DNA of 64,000 nucleotides from an uncultured delta proteobacterium (GCA_963808235.1 CAWEEQ010000001.1:160001-224000), one strand, 5' to 3'. Counted from the first letter of the stretch, positions 1-9,502 are shown. The notes: generated by a model from the letters alone, not told the origin. Numbers and translations are program-made.

Positions 1-2
1 AG

Positions 3-116
3 GCGAACGATGGCGAGCGTTTCATCGGCGTTGCTAGTTCGGTTCTTGGGCGTCGGCTCACGTATGCGGAGCTGACCGGCAAGACTGAATCGACCGCCGA
101 ACCCTTACCGGCGTAA
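3..116 (+). CDS. IS1595-family transposase, C-terminal fragment (runs off the window edge)
   Basis: Manual translation ANDGERFIGVASSVLGRRLTYAELTGKTESTAEPLPA* matches the DGERF...GKRLTYxELT tail typical of IS1595 (ISXO2-like) transposases; not in the ORF track. Confidence 0.75.
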   Translation, partial: ANDGERFIGVASSVLGRRLTYAELTGKTESTAEPLPA

Positions 117-155
117 GCAGTGGAGGGGACAGCGGCAGCGTGGTAAACTGCTGCC

Positions 156-296
156 ATGAAATCAAAGGTTGAAGATTTAGAATTCAAGCCGCGAGAAGCG
201 TTCGATAATTTACGAACACTCGGTCGTAAGGTTCTAAGCGTCCCAAAGCCCACGGTTCAGGCCCGCTCCAAAAAGATTAAGAAATCTGACCGGTAG
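156..296 (+). CDS. Small basic hypothetical protein (46 aa) downstream of the transposase
   Basis: MKSKVEDLEFKPREAFDNLRTLGRKVLSVPKPTVQARSKKIKKSDR*; below the ORF-track cutoff; overlaps the stop of the convergent gene. Confidence 0.5.
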   Translation: MKSKVEDLEFKPREAFDNLRTLGRKVLSVPKPTVQARSKKIKKSDR

Positions 297-1203
297 CAAT
301 CATCCAAGCGATGGCTTTTTTCATTTCATCTTCCAACGCTTCTTCAGTTAATTGGCAGAATTGAGGACGATCAGCCGTACTCATAAGTGTGAGAAAACTG
401 CGGTCAACATCGGCCTTTACGTGCCCGAGGCGCACGCCCATAACGCGCCGATAACTCCAAGCGAACAAATCCGCAGCCTGCAATCCTGGAAACGCGAGTT
501 TTGGCTCAAAAGCGATTGTGCCAAATCGGCAGGATTGCGAAGGCTGATAAAGTTTTTTGAAATCGTCGTAACCCGTTAAGGCGTCATGTTTCCAGTCGTT
601 GTCCTCGAAAATGAATGCAACCTTTTCCGCTTTGGGCAGCGTTGGCGAAAGATTTTTTACGACTAGATTGAGACAGTCTTTCACCAAAACGTTATAGACA
701 AGTTTCCAAGGATTCTTTCTGAAATCTGTCGCGTCCTTTCTATCGAAATGGGGCGTGATCAGGCGGGCAGCTACAGCTTGCCAATCCTTAGCTTCGCAAT
801 ACACTCCGACGTGTACAATTTCTTCGGAGGCCTTCAAAATACCCGCCATCTGATCTGTTAACGCCCGTGCTCTTTTCTTGCTCCACCCTTTAAATTTCTT
901 TCGGGGTCGCGGTGATGCTTCGGCGTCGGTCGCGTGATACAGAACCGCGCCCGCATCGGTCAAAGCGGTTAGCCACAATTGCTCCAATTCGATCCACGCG
1001 CTAGCGGGGCCAAGCAGTCCAGCCACTACAGCGATCTGCGATTCGGCATCTGTCCCCGCTTCATCAAAAAGCGCTTGTAGATCGAGTACGGCCATCATTC
1101 GCACCCGCGCATTGAACGGATGGAGAAGCTTCGCCAGACGTTCTGATTCAGTTCGACTAGCAGGCTCACGATCAAGGCTCCAACTCCAATATTGGGAGGA
1201 CAT
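277..1203 (-). CDS. DUF3800-like protein (RNase H-like fold)
   Basis: N-terminal (A)LFDEAG and C-terminal GLQAADLFAW motifs; the true start may be the downstream Met near 1098. Confidence 0.75.
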   Translation of the reverse strand: MSSQYWSWSLDREPASRTESERLAKLLHPFNARVRMMAVLDLQALFDEAGTDAESQIAVVAGLLGPASAWIELEQLWLTALTDAGAVLYHATDAEASPRPRKKFKGWSKKRARALTDQMAGILKASEEIVHVGVYCEAKDWQAVAARLITPHFDRKDATDFRKNPWKLVYNVLVKDCLNLVVKNLSPTLPKAEKVAFIFEDNDWKHDALTGYDDFKKLYQPSQSCRFGTIAFEPKLAFPGLQAADLFAWSYRRVMGVRLGHVKADVDRSFLTLMSTADRPQFCQLTEEALEDEMKKAIAWMIATGQIS

Positions 1204-1250
1204 GCGCTAGTCCTCCTTTCGACGATCTGCCACAATCGTAGCAGGCTTGG

Positions 1251-1272
1251 TCAGCCAAGTATATTGTTGCCC
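1251..1272 (-). repeat. Candidate right terminal inverted repeat of the IS1595 element
   Basis: GGGCAACAATATACTTGG on the minus strand; the partner end lies outside the window. Confidence 0.5.
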
Positions 1273-1460
1273 AAATTGGGGAACAATGCCGTGAATTCCA
1301 ATATAGGGCAGCGGCTCGATCCTCAAGGGAGATAATTGGGCGGATTTCGACGATTGCTATGCGAATCTGCAATTCTCCGGTGCCCTATGAAGGCAGAAAG
1401 CCCGCCACCGGCCGCATTGTTCTCGCTTTCCCCGCAGAGAATGCGGAATCGGGGACTCGG

Positions 1461-1552
1461 TGGCGGAGAGGGGGGGATTCGAACCCCCGAGACCCTTTCG
1501 AGCCTACACGCGTTCCAGGCGTGCGCCTTAAGCCGGGCTCGGCCACCTCTCC
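1461..1552 (-). tRNA. tRNA-Ser(GGA)
   Basis: Reverse complement GGAGAGGTGGCCGAG...CACGC CT GGA AC GCGTG...long variable arm...GGTTCGAATCCCCCCCTCTCCGCCA; CCA encoded. Confidence 0.97.
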
Positions 1553-1697
1553 GCGCGAGACCGCGATTATGCATCACGAAGACCCGCGTCGCCACCGGCA
1601 CGAGTCGCCTGAGCTTGCTTGCCCCTCACTGCCCAGACTAAAGAAGTCATCAGGGAGCCAGTCGCCAAAGACAGCTCACCACGGGGAGAAGTTCTCG

Positions 1698-2699
1698 ATG
1701 CTGTACACGCCGATTTGCGATTATTTTGGAATCAAGTATCCGATTCTACTCGCCGGGATGGGCGGCGTTGCGATGCACAAGCTGGTGGCGGCCGTTTCTA
1801 ACGCCGGCGGACTCGGAGTGATCGGCGCAGCGTCCTTAAGTCCCGCCGATCTGCGCACCGAGATTCGCAAAACTCGCGAGTTGACCGACAAGCCGTTTGC
1901 GGTCGATCTGCTTGCCCCGATTCCCGACATGATGCGCCCGCATGTGCCGGTGATGATCGAAGAAAAAGTCAAAGTATTCGTGGCGGGACTTTCGGTGCCG
2001 CAGGAATTCGTCAAGGTGATGCATGACAACGGGATGAAGATCGTCGTGATGTGCGGCAAAGTCCATCACGGGGTCAAGTCGCAGGACGCCGGCGCCGATG
2101 TGGTCGTTGCGCAAGGGACCGAGGCAGGCGGACATACCGGCGAGATCGGGATGCTGTCGCTGGTGCCGCAGATGATCGACGCGGTCCGGTTGCCGGTGCT
2201 CGCTGCGGGCGGAATTGCCGACGGGCGGCAGATCGCGGCGGCGCTCACCGTTGGCGCGCAGGGGGTCGTGATCGGCACGCGCTTTATCGCGACGCCGGAG
2301 GCGCAGGCGGCGCAGGGTTATCGCGAGGCGATCGTAAAGGCGCATGAGGATTCCACCTTGCGCACCCGCGCGTACACGGGCAAGACCTGCCGGGTGATTC
2401 GCACCGAATATGCGCTCGAGTGGGAGAAGGATCCCTCGAAGATTCAGCCGTTTCCTTTGCAGGCGCAGACTTCGCAGCGCAACGGAGTCATGAATTACAC
2501 CGGGCGGGGCGGCGCTGACGTCGATCCGAATCGCACCTTCATGCCGACCGGGCAGGGAGCGGGACTGATTCATGAGATCAAGCCGGCGGCGGAAGTGTTT
2601 GCCGATCTGCTGCGCGAGACCGAGGATGCGCTGCGCAAGGCGCATCAATTGCTCGCGGGCGATCCGGCGCGGCAGCATTCCGCGGCGCAAACGCGGTGA
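1698..2699 (+). CDS. Nitronate monooxygenase / FabK-like flavoprotein
   Basis: YPILLAGMG, AVSNAGGLG, QGTEAGGHTG, AAGGIADG, IGTRF motifs; GGGGAG RBS before ATG 1698. Confidence 0.92.
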   Translation: MLYTPICDYFGIKYPILLAGMGGVAMHKLVAAVSNAGGLGVIGAASLSPADLRTEIRKTRELTDKPFAVDLLAPIPDMMRPHVPVMIEEKVKVFVAGLSVPQEFVKVMHDNGMKIVVMCGKVHHGVKSQDAGADVVVAQGTEAGGHTGEIGMLSLVPQMIDAVRLPVLAAGGIADGRQIAAALTVGAQGVVIGTRFIATPEAQAAQGYREAIVKAHEDSTLRTRAYTGKTCRVIRTEYALEWEKDPSKIQPFPLQAQTSQRNGVMNYTGRGGADVDPNRTFMPTGQGAGLIHEIKPAAEVFADLLRETEDALRKAHQLLAGDPARQHSAAQTR

Positions 2700-2717
2700 C
2701 GATTCCGCGGTGTGAGA

Positions 2718-3371
2718 TCAGACGCCGCGGGTGACGCCGGGCCAGATCTGCTTGTGCATCTGAAGTTGCATCCGCGCGGGCAAGCGATCTTCGAGTATCC
2801 ATGACGCGAGTGCCGCGGGATCCAATTGCCCGAACACCGGGCTCAGCAAGAGCGCATTGACGCGAGGCGCGAGGTTGTGCGCGGCGATAATGTCGCGCGC
2901 CCATTCGTAGTCAGCGCGATCGGCGACGACGAACTTGATCTCGTCGCGCTGCGTCAGATGGTCGAGGTTGCTCCATAGATTTCGCTCGCATTCGCCGCTG
3001 CCCGGACACTTGAGGTCCATGATCTTGATGACGCGCGGGTCGAGCCGGCCGACATCGATCGCACCCGAGGTCTCGATCATCACGGTCTGGCCGGTCTCGA
3101 GCAGCGCGCCCGTCAGCGGATAGACGCCTTCTTGGAGCAGAGGTTCGCCGCCAGTGACTTCGATCAGATCGCATCGGTAGCCGCGAATTATTTCCGCGAC
3201 CTCGGCCACCGGCATCCGGCGCCCTTCGTAGAATGCGTATTCGGTGTCGCACCATTTGCAGCGCAGATTGCATCCGGTGAGCCGCACGAACACGCAGGGG
3301 CGGCCCGCGTAGGTCGATTCGCCCTGGATGCTGTAAAAGATCTCGTTGATGTGAAGCCGTTCGGAAATCAT
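2718..3371 (-). CDS. queE: 7-carboxy-7-deazaguanine synthase (radical SAM)
   Basis: EIFYSIQGE, RLTGCNLRCKWCDT, TGGEPLLQ, QLQMHKQIW. Confidence 0.93.
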   Translation of the reverse strand: MISERLHINEIFYSIQGESTYAGRPCVFVRLTGCNLRCKWCDTEYAFYEGRRMPVAEVAEIIRGYRCDLIEVTGGEPLLQEGVYPLTGALLETGQTVMIETSGAIDVGRLDPRVIKIMDLKCPGSGECERNLWSNLDHLTQRDEIKFVVADRADYEWARDIIAAHNLAPRVNALLLSPVFGQLDPAALASWILEDRLPARMQLQMHKQIWPGVTRGV

Positions 3372-3519
3372 TTTTCTCGGGAACTATATACTTTACTCCC
3401 CAGCAGGCCTCGTAAAGAGCGCCCAATTTCCGCCAGCCGGTGCAAGGGAACCAGAAGCGGTGGCGCGCGTTCGATGCGCGCCACCGCTCTCTACCGCAAA
3501 AATCGCGTCGCTGCTGCCG

Positions 3520-4854
3520 TTACGGAGCGGCTTTCGCCATTGTATCCGGATCGAAGAAGGCGCGATCCACGGCGCCCATGTTGATATACCAGCACTCCTT
3601 TTCCGGAGTGTTACGACTTGGCAGGTAGCACATCGCCGTCATTCCGGTTTGCACATCGGTGGCTGCCGCACCTACCACGAACGAGCGCTTGAACGGATAG
3701 ATGGCTACCCGCGCATCCGGCACGGGTCGATCGCGATTAGTCAGCCAATAGATGTGGTCCTGCCACAGCTGACCCTGTCGGTCATAGGCGTCCTCATAAA
3801 GCGGAAACCATACTTCGCTGTCTATGTAGAGCACGGTACGCGATTGCAGTGCCTGCGAGTTGTTGATGGAACGCCTGGGGCTCGCTTCCACTATGTACAT
3901 TCGGCGTAACTCCCAGTTCTCCGGACACGCGCTTCCTCCGCCGTCTGTCGGGCAGGTTACTTCCGGCGAATGGGCCGCGTGGACGACGCCAAGCATGTTC
4001 TTCACGCCGAGGAAGCGATAGTTGTACTCCTCCACTTTGGCGTTGAAGCCGGAATAGTGATCCGGATCGAACACCACGATATTCCCACCACCCTCAGTCG
4101 GCAGCCCCGACCCGGTAACTGCGTCGCTCATGATGCCTTCGTTCAGACGGCGCAACCTCCGCGAGCCGGTATTCCATGACCATATGTCATCGGACTTTTT
4201 CGGATCGGCATAGCGGTAGCGCAGAAAGCCGGCGCCACGCATACCTTCGGGCGCCATGATCGGGTAGAGCCCGAACATCCAGTAACGGCCGGTCTTCTTG
4301 AAGTCCGGATCGATCGGCATTGGATCAACCTCGGTCCGTCCGATCTCGTTGTATCCGGCGTAGTGACCTACATCGATCTCATCGAGTACCCGGTAGGGGG
4401 CATTGCGCCCGCTGCGGACATTTTCACACGCGAAGTAACGCAGATCGTAATCATCGGTCTGAAGCGGCCGAAACACGTTGTTCCATATGATCTTGGTCGC
4501 AACCTTCGGATCGTTGGGATCGAGGAATGGGAACGGCTGGCCGGCCACGTAGTTCTGAACCGTGCGCCCGTCTGGCGACAGCCGGACTTGCGAAGAATAT
4601 TTCTCGGTTGCCTCCTGGTAAGGCGGCGGCCAATCGACTCGATCAGTGGGCACGACTTTCATCGCCATCCCCTGCTGGACTTTGTAGAAGACCCCAGGGG
4701 CGACAATGTCCTTGACCTTGTAAGCATTGTCCGGAGTGATAACGTCGCCGGGCTTAACCTGCGCCCAAGCTGGCAGAGCCATCATGAGACTCAGAAGCAA
4801 AGCCGCGAAGGCGCTCACACATTTCTTACTTCTGACAACTTCTACGGAATGCAT
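3520..4854 (-). CDS. DUF1329 family secreted protein
   Basis: Signal peptide (..LPAWA-Q), KPGDVITPDNA, YVAGQPFP, DDIWSW..RRLRR, WELRRMYIVE, YDRQGQLW. Confidence 0.88.
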   Translation of the reverse strand: MHSVEVVRSKKCVSAFAALLLSLMMALPAWAQVKPGDVITPDNAYKVKDIVAPGVFYKVQQGMAMKVVPTDRVDWPPPYQEATEKYSSQVRLSPDGRTVQNYVAGQPFPFLDPNDPKVATKIIWNNVFRPLQTDDYDLRYFACENVRSGRNAPYRVLDEIDVGHYAGYNEIGRTEVDPMPIDPDFKKTGRYWMFGLYPIMAPEGMRGAGFLRYRYADPKKSDDIWSWNTGSRRLRRLNEGIMSDAVTGSGLPTEGGGNIVVFDPDHYSGFNAKVEEYNYRFLGVKNMLGVVHAAHSPEVTCPTDGGGSACPENWELRRMYIVEASPRRSINNSQALQSRTVLYIDSEVWFPLYEDAYDRQGQLWQDHIYWLTNRDRPVPDARVAIYPFKRSFVVGAAATDVQTGMTAMCYLPSRNTPEKECWYINMGAVDRAFFDPDTMAKAAP

Positions 4855-4903
4855 AACCTTTGTCCTTTCGCCGCCAGGAGCGCGGCGTGACTTTCACATC
4901 GCA

Positions 4904-4998
4904 GTTCATTCGCCCGTCTTCCTCATACCGTGATTGAAACCGCCGCCGCGCAATCAAGCACGCGAGGTTTCCGGATCAGGCACGGTGAAGACGTGAAC
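4904..4998 (-). promoter_or_regulatory. Long nested imperfect hairpin in the DUF1329 leader
   Basis: Minus-strand pairings GTTCA/TGAAC, CGTCTTC/GAAGACG, ACCGT/ACGGT, GAAACC/GGTTTC, TCGCGT/GCGCGG. Confidence 0.6.
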
Positions 4999-5017
4999 GT
5001 TTGTGTTCGGGACGGGG

Positions 5018-5368
5018 CTAGTTATCTTCGTCGCCGGAGCGGGGCGGGATTCGCCGATGAAACCGACGCTCGCAGGGCCACTGACTGGCTGCCTCTACCT
5101 CGTAGAGAATGAGCCGTTCGGGCGGAGCTTCTTTCGGCTCCTCCGCGTCGCACGACGATGACGCCGTAAAAACGCCAGCGTCCGCGACCGTCTTGCTGCC
5201 CACTTCCTCCACTGCGGTACGAGCGAATCCCTGCGTGTGATTCGCAACCACTGGCACATCTAGAAGAGTGATAGACGAGAAGGCGCGGGTTGTCTGCGCG
5301 ATGGTCAGAAGGCAGACCGAACCAATGAGTAACAGTCTTGCGAGCAAACGATACTGAAATATTCGCAT
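5018..5368 (-). CDS. Hypothetical exported protein, possibly a leader/arrest peptide
   Basis: Signal-peptide-like N-terminus; C-terminus RRFHRRIPPRSGDEDN; AGGAG upstream of the ATG. Confidence 0.55.
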   Translation of the reverse strand: MRIFQYRLLARLLLIGSVCLLTIAQTTRAFSSITLLDVPVVANHTQGFARTAVEEVGSKTVADAGVFTASSSCDAEEPKEAPPERLILYEVEAASQWPCERRFHRRIPPRSGDEDN

Positions 5369-5477
5369 CCCGCTGAAAACTCCTGAGATGCTATCTCGCT
5401 CTTATTATTGAATCGCCCGATTGAGGTCGAGTCAACCTGTGCATGAAATAGCGGGCGCGGTAAAAGGAGAGGGGCGG

Positions 5478-6650
5478 TCATTTTAGTTGAGTGCGCGCGG
5501 CGGCGCGGGCTTCGTCGATTACGACGCGGAGTGGGACGCCGTGCTGAGCGGCGATGCGCCTGCAGTCGTCGTATTCGGGAGAGATGGTTAGCGGCTGGCC
5601 CGAACCGCCGGAGATTTTGACACGGATCTTGCCCCATCGGGTTTCTACTTCCTGGATTTCGCGATGCACTTTGAGCCGGGCGACTGGATGAAAGCGCAGG
5701 CCGATCGTGGAGGTTTCCGCAAAGATGATCTCGGCGAGCGCGTCGCGATTTGTTGGCTCGGCGATCACACTTAGCGTTATCGCGGGGCGGCCTTTTTTCA
5801 TGATGGTGGGTGTCAGGGTTACGTCGCGGGCGCCGGCGGCGAACAGGCGGTCCATCACGTGGTCGTAAATTTGCGGATTCATGTCGTCGATGTTTGCGGA
5901 GATTTCGAGCATCTCGTCGGTGTCGAGCGTGGTGCGAGTGCGGCCGAGCATCAAGCGTAGTACGTTGGGACGATCTTCGAGATCGCGCGTGCCCGCGCCG
6001 TAGCCGATTTTCTCAACTTCGAAATTGAACGGAATTTCCGCGGAGCGCGCGAGCGCGCGGACGACGGCGGCGCCGGTCGGGGTGACCATCTCGGCTGCGC
6101 CGTCGCCGACTTTCACCGCGAATCCGGTGAGCAGCTGCGCAGTCGCAGGCGCCGGGACCGGAATGACGCCGTGCTGCGAGCGCGTGAATCCATGGCCCAT
6201 CGGGAGCGGCGAGACGATCACTTCGCCGACGCCGAGCTGCTCGAGTCCCCACGCGGTGCCGATGATGTCGATGATCGAATCGACGGCGCCGACCTCATGA
6301 AAATGTACGTGGTCGGGCGTGGTGTTGTGAATTTTCGCCTCGGCCTCGGCGAGCACCTCGAAGATCGCGATTGCTGGCTTCTTGACGGTCTCCGCGAGCT
6401 TCGATGAAACGATCATCGCGCGAATCTCGCCGAAGTGGCGCTCGGGCTGCGGCTCGGTCACCTCAACGTCGAACTTGAGCGCCGAAATTCCGCTGGAAAC
6501 TTTGCGCCGGGTCGAAAGCCGGTAGCCTTTGATCGCTACCGTGGTCATCGCGCGCTCGAACTCGGCGAAATCGGCGCCGCAATCGAGGATCGCTCCGACG
6601 ATCATATCGCCGCTGAGGCCTGAGAACGCGTCGAGGTAGGCGGTCTTCAT
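5478..6650 (-). CDS. larC: Nickel pincer cofactor biosynthesis protein LarC
   Basis: YLDAFSGLSGDM, HVHFHEVGAVDSIIDI, PVPAPAT, TPTGAA, MKKGRP, ETSTIGLR, PEYDDC. Confidence 0.95.
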   Translation of the reverse strand: MKTAYLDAFSGLSGDMIVGAILDCGADFAEFERAMTTVAIKGYRLSTRRKVSSGISALKFDVEVTEPQPERHFGEIRAMIVSSKLAETVKKPAIAIFEVLAEAEAKIHNTTPDHVHFHEVGAVDSIIDIIGTAWGLEQLGVGEVIVSPLPMGHGFTRSQHGVIPVPAPATAQLLTGFAVKVGDGAAEMVTPTGAAVVRALARSAEIPFNFEVEKIGYGAGTRDLEDRPNVLRLMLGRTRTTLDTDEMLEISANIDDMNPQIYDHVMDRLFAAGARDVTLTPTIMKKGRPAITLSVIAEPTNRDALAEIIFAETSTIGLRFHPVARLKVHREIQEVETRWGKIRVKISGGSGQPLTISPEYDDCRRIAAQHGVPLRVVIDEARAAARTQLK

Positions 6651-6725
6651 CGTGCATAGTTTAGAGGGAACGCGACGAAAAGAGCAGTGCTCGTCGCGCA
6701 GGCTCTGACAGGCGGTTGAAAAAAG

Positions 6726-7694
6726 TCACTTGCGGCGGTCGCGCCTAAGTTGCGCCATCAGGGTGAACAGCTCGACGATGTTCGACTCGACTTTACCGTC
6801 GGAGAATTCGCGGTAGAGCGACGCGACATTCACGACGATGCGCTCTCCGTCGCCCCAGCTGGAGTAATCGGCCATCGAGATGTCGCGCGCGGCTTCCGAG
6901 ACCGTCATGCCGGCGTCATAGCGGCGGCGCGCCTCGCGCTCGACGTATTCGAAATAGCCCTTCAGTGCGGCGACGCCTTTTTTGTCGGTGATCGGCCCGT
7001 GGCCGGGAACGATGACCTCAACGTCGGAGTCGAGGATGAGCTGGCAGGCCGCGATCCAGTTGCGCACCGGCCCGGCCCATATGATCGGATGGCCCTCGAT
7101 GAACAGAATGTCGCCGGTGTACATGACCCGATCCTCGACGGCCAGCGCGAGCACGTCGCCGCGGGTGTGCGCGGGACCGACTTCGATAAGGCGGACGGTC
7201 TTGCTGCCGACGCGGAGATCGAGGCGGCGCTCGAAGGTCCGAGTCGGCATCGCGACCGTGATACCGTCGAAGTCGAAGGGAGCGAAGATGTCGGCAAAGA
7301 ATTTTCCCGCCTCCCCGAGAGAACTCGAGTTGCGCTTCATCTCGGCGAGCCGGCCGGCGCCGCCGTCGCGAGTCATCTCCTCGGCGCATGCTTTCGACGC
7401 GATGATCTCGGCGCCGTTGACGAGCTCGTTGCCGAAACAGTGATCGCCGTTGGAGTGTGTGTTGACCAGCGTGCCGATCCGAGCGGCGGCGTCAGGCTCC
7501 GCACGGCGCATCGTATCGAGCATCTCGCGAGTGAGCTTCAGATCGAACAGCGTGTCGACCAGTAACGACGCGCCGCCGTCGGCGACCAGGCCCGCGTTGC
7601 TCCAACCCCATCCGCCGTCGGGCTGCAGGTACGCGTAGCATCCGTTGCCGAGCTCGTGCAGGCCCTTGGTGTAATTCCATTTGCGCGTGCTCAT
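6726..7694 (-). CDS. MBL-fold metallo-hydrolase (cyclase-like)
   Basis: THSNGDHCFGN, GPAHTRGD, TGDILF, PGHG; start moved to MSTRKW. Confidence 0.9.
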   Translation of the reverse strand: MSTRKWNYTKGLHELGNGCYAYLQPDGGWGWSNAGLVADGGASLLVDTLFDLKLTREMLDTMRRAEPDAAARIGTLVNTHSNGDHCFGNELVNGAEIIASKACAEEMTRDGGAGRLAEMKRNSSSLGEAGKFFADIFAPFDFDGITVAMPTRTFERRLDLRVGSKTVRLIEVGPAHTRGDVLALAVEDRVMYTGDILFIEGHPIIWAGPVRNWIAACQLILDSDVEVIVPGHGPITDKKGVAALKGYFEYVEREARRRYDAGMTVSEAARDISMADYSSWGDGERIVVNVASLYREFSDGKVESNIVELFTLMAQLRRDRRK

Positions 7695-7890
7695 TTTGGG
7701 AGACTCCCTCTTTGATCCTCTCGATACCGTCTCGCCTGATTCCTTCCAAAAGTCGATCTGACTTGCAAGCCGAATCCCGCGTCGACCGACGATTCCGCCG
7801 CATCGAAACGCGGTTTTCGTGGCGCAACCTTTACAAGGTAGAAGGGCGCCGATAGAATCAAAAACTCGGCGCTGGGCGGACCAAGGGGCT

Positions 7891-8250
7891 ATGAGGCAAA
7901 GAGACCTCACTCTGTTTCGAAAATTACTCGAAGAACGCAAACGCGAACTTCTGCTTGAAGCGGAGCGTGCCGTCGGCACCATGAACAGCGAGTCGGAAGA
8001 GGCTTACGCGGACCCGACCGATCGAGCGGCGCTGGAATCGGATCGAAACTTCCTGCTTCGGATGCGCGATCGCGAACGCAAGCTGATCACCAAGATCGAT
8101 GAGGCGTTCGAGCGAATCGGCGACGGCTCGTATGGACGATGCGAGGAGTGCGGCGGCGAAATAGGAATCGAGCGGCTGAAGGCGCGCCCCGTGACCACCT
8201 TGTGCATCGGATGCAAGTCGGCGCAGGAAGCGCGCGAGCAGAAGAACTGA
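7891..8250 (+). CDS. dksA: RNA polymerase-binding factor DksA
   Basis: DPTDRA coiled-coil tip, YGRCEECG..I..ERLKARP..TLCIGCK zinc finger. Confidence 0.92.
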   Translation: MRQRDLTLFRKLLEERKRELLLEAERAVGTMNSESEEAYADPTDRAALESDRNFLLRMRDRERKLITKIDEAFERIGDGSYGRCEECGGEIGIERLKARPVTTLCIGCKSAQEAREQKN

Positions 8251-8289
8251 GCTTCCTCAAATCGGGCCTCAAATCGGAAAAATCTTGGC

Positions 8290-9150
8290 ATGGAAGTAAA
8301 AAAGGCGGTCATCCTCGCGGCCGGGATGGGCACGCGGATGCTCCCGTCGTCGAAGGTCATCCCGAAGGAAATTTTGCCGGTGGTCGATACGCCGGCGATC
8401 CAGGTCGTGGTCGAGGAAGCGGTCGCCTCGGGTATCGAGGAGATCGTGATCGTCGTCAGCCCGGGAAAGACGCTGGTCGTCGATCACTTCGATTGCAACC
8501 TGGAACTCGAGCGTTATCTGCAGGAGCGCGGCAAACACGAAATCCTCGAGCTGATTCGGCGCAGCAACAGTCCCGCCAAGATCACGATCGCGGAACAGAG
8601 TAAGCCGCTCGGACTCGGCCACGCGGTGCTGCAGGCCAGGGAGGCGGTGGGCGATGCGCCGTTTGCCGCGATGCTTCCCGACGACATTTTCGATTGCCCG
8701 CGGCCATGCTTGCGGCAACTGCTCGACGCCGCCGAGACGCGCGACGCGCCGGTGGTCGCGCTGCTCAGAGTCGCGCGCAGCGAGATCTCGAAATACGGGA
8801 TCGCGGATGCGAAAGCGGTCGGCGATCGCACCTACGAACTCCACGGCATGGTCGAGAAGCCGGCCCCCGAAAAAGCGCCGAGCGAATTCGCGATCATGGG
8901 GCGCTACGTGCTCACGCCGGACATCTTCGAGCTGCTGGCTCAGGTGAAGCCGGGCGCGGGCGGCGAGATTCAATTGACCGACGGACTGGTGGCGCTGACC
9001 CGGCGGCGCAAGGTTTATGGATACGAGTTCGAAGGGGTGCGTTACGACCTCGGCGACCGGGTCGGATTCATTTCGGCGCAAGTCGGATTCGGCTTGAAGC
9101 GCCCGGATCTGGCGGACCGGTTGCGAGCGTACTTGAAGTCAGTTGTCTGA
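8290..9150 (+). CDS. galU: UTP-glucose-1-phosphate uridylyltransferase
   Basis: KAVILAAGMGTRMLP..K..PKE, Q..PLGLGHAV, VEKP, GGEIQLTD, RYDLG. Confidence 0.93.
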   Translation: MEVKKAVILAAGMGTRMLPSSKVIPKEILPVVDTPAIQVVVEEAVASGIEEIVIVVSPGKTLVVDHFDCNLELERYLQERGKHEILELIRRSNSPAKITIAEQSKPLGLGHAVLQAREAVGDAPFAAMLPDDIFDCPRPCLRQLLDAAETRDAPVVALLRVARSEISKYGIADAKAVGDRTYELHGMVEKPAPEKAPSEFAIMGRYVLTPDIFELLAQVKPGAGGEIQLTDGLVALTRRRKVYGYEFEGVRYDLGDRVGFISAQVGFGLKRPDLADRLRAYLKSVV

Positions 9151-9192
9151 CCATAGTAATTGCAATAGTAAGCGCGTCGCGGTCCTCAGGAT

Positions 9193-9247
9193 GGGGCAGT
9201 AGCTCAACTTGGAGAGCACTACGTTCGCAACGTAGGGGTCGAGGGTT
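9193..9247 (+). pseudogene. Truncated tRNA-Ala(CGC) copy
   Basis: Matches the intact tRNA up to GAGGGTT with two D-arm substitutions; lacks CAAATCCCTTCTGCTCCA (3' T-arm and acceptor strand). Confidence 0.88.
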
Positions 9248-9429
9248 TTTTTCAGATGACGTGCAGGTGGCCCGCAGCCGAGACGAATTTTTTGATGAAA
9301 GTGTAGATGGCCCGCAGCCCCGACGGAAAGAAACGGCGGGACCTCGCTGATAGGTTGCGAGCTTACTTGAAGTCGGTTGTCTGACCATAGTAATTGCAAT
9401 AGTAATTGCGTCGCGTCGCGTCTCAGGAT

Positions 9430-9502
9430 GGGGCAGTAGCTCAGCTGGGAGAGCACTACGTTCGCAACGTAGGGGTCGAGGGTTCAAATCCCTTCTGCTC
9501 CA
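9430..9502 (+). tRNA. tRNA-Ala(CGC)
   Basis: GGGGCAGTAGCTCAGCTGGGAGAGCA CTACG TT CGC AA CGTAG GGGTCGAGGGTTCAAATCCCTTCTGCTCCA; G3:U70 present; CCA not encoded. Confidence 0.96.

Larger units (their letters stand above)
1..1272 (+). mobile_element. Right part of an IS1595-family element carrying passenger genes
   Basis: Transposase tail, small ORF and antisense passenger gene, then an AT-rich end at 1251-1272 (reverse complement GGGCAACAATATACTTGGCTGA) resembling IS1595 TIRs; GC lower than the flanking genes. Confidence 0.65.

Noticed and set aside
1359-1697. N-terminal extension of the nitronate monooxygenase ORF
   Set aside because: It overlaps tRNA-Ser; the family match and RBS begin at 1698
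3379-3393. GGGAACTATATACTT resembling a second IS1595 end
   Set aside because: No transposase or partner end follows; on the minus strand it fits a -10 box (TATAGT) for queE
3372-3519. preQ1 riboswitch upstream of queE
   Set aside because: No recognisable preQ1 stem-loop and A-rich tail
4904-4998. SRP RNA or 6S RNA
   Set aside because: Lacks the SRP domain IV motif and is too short for 6S; kept only as an unclassified hairpin
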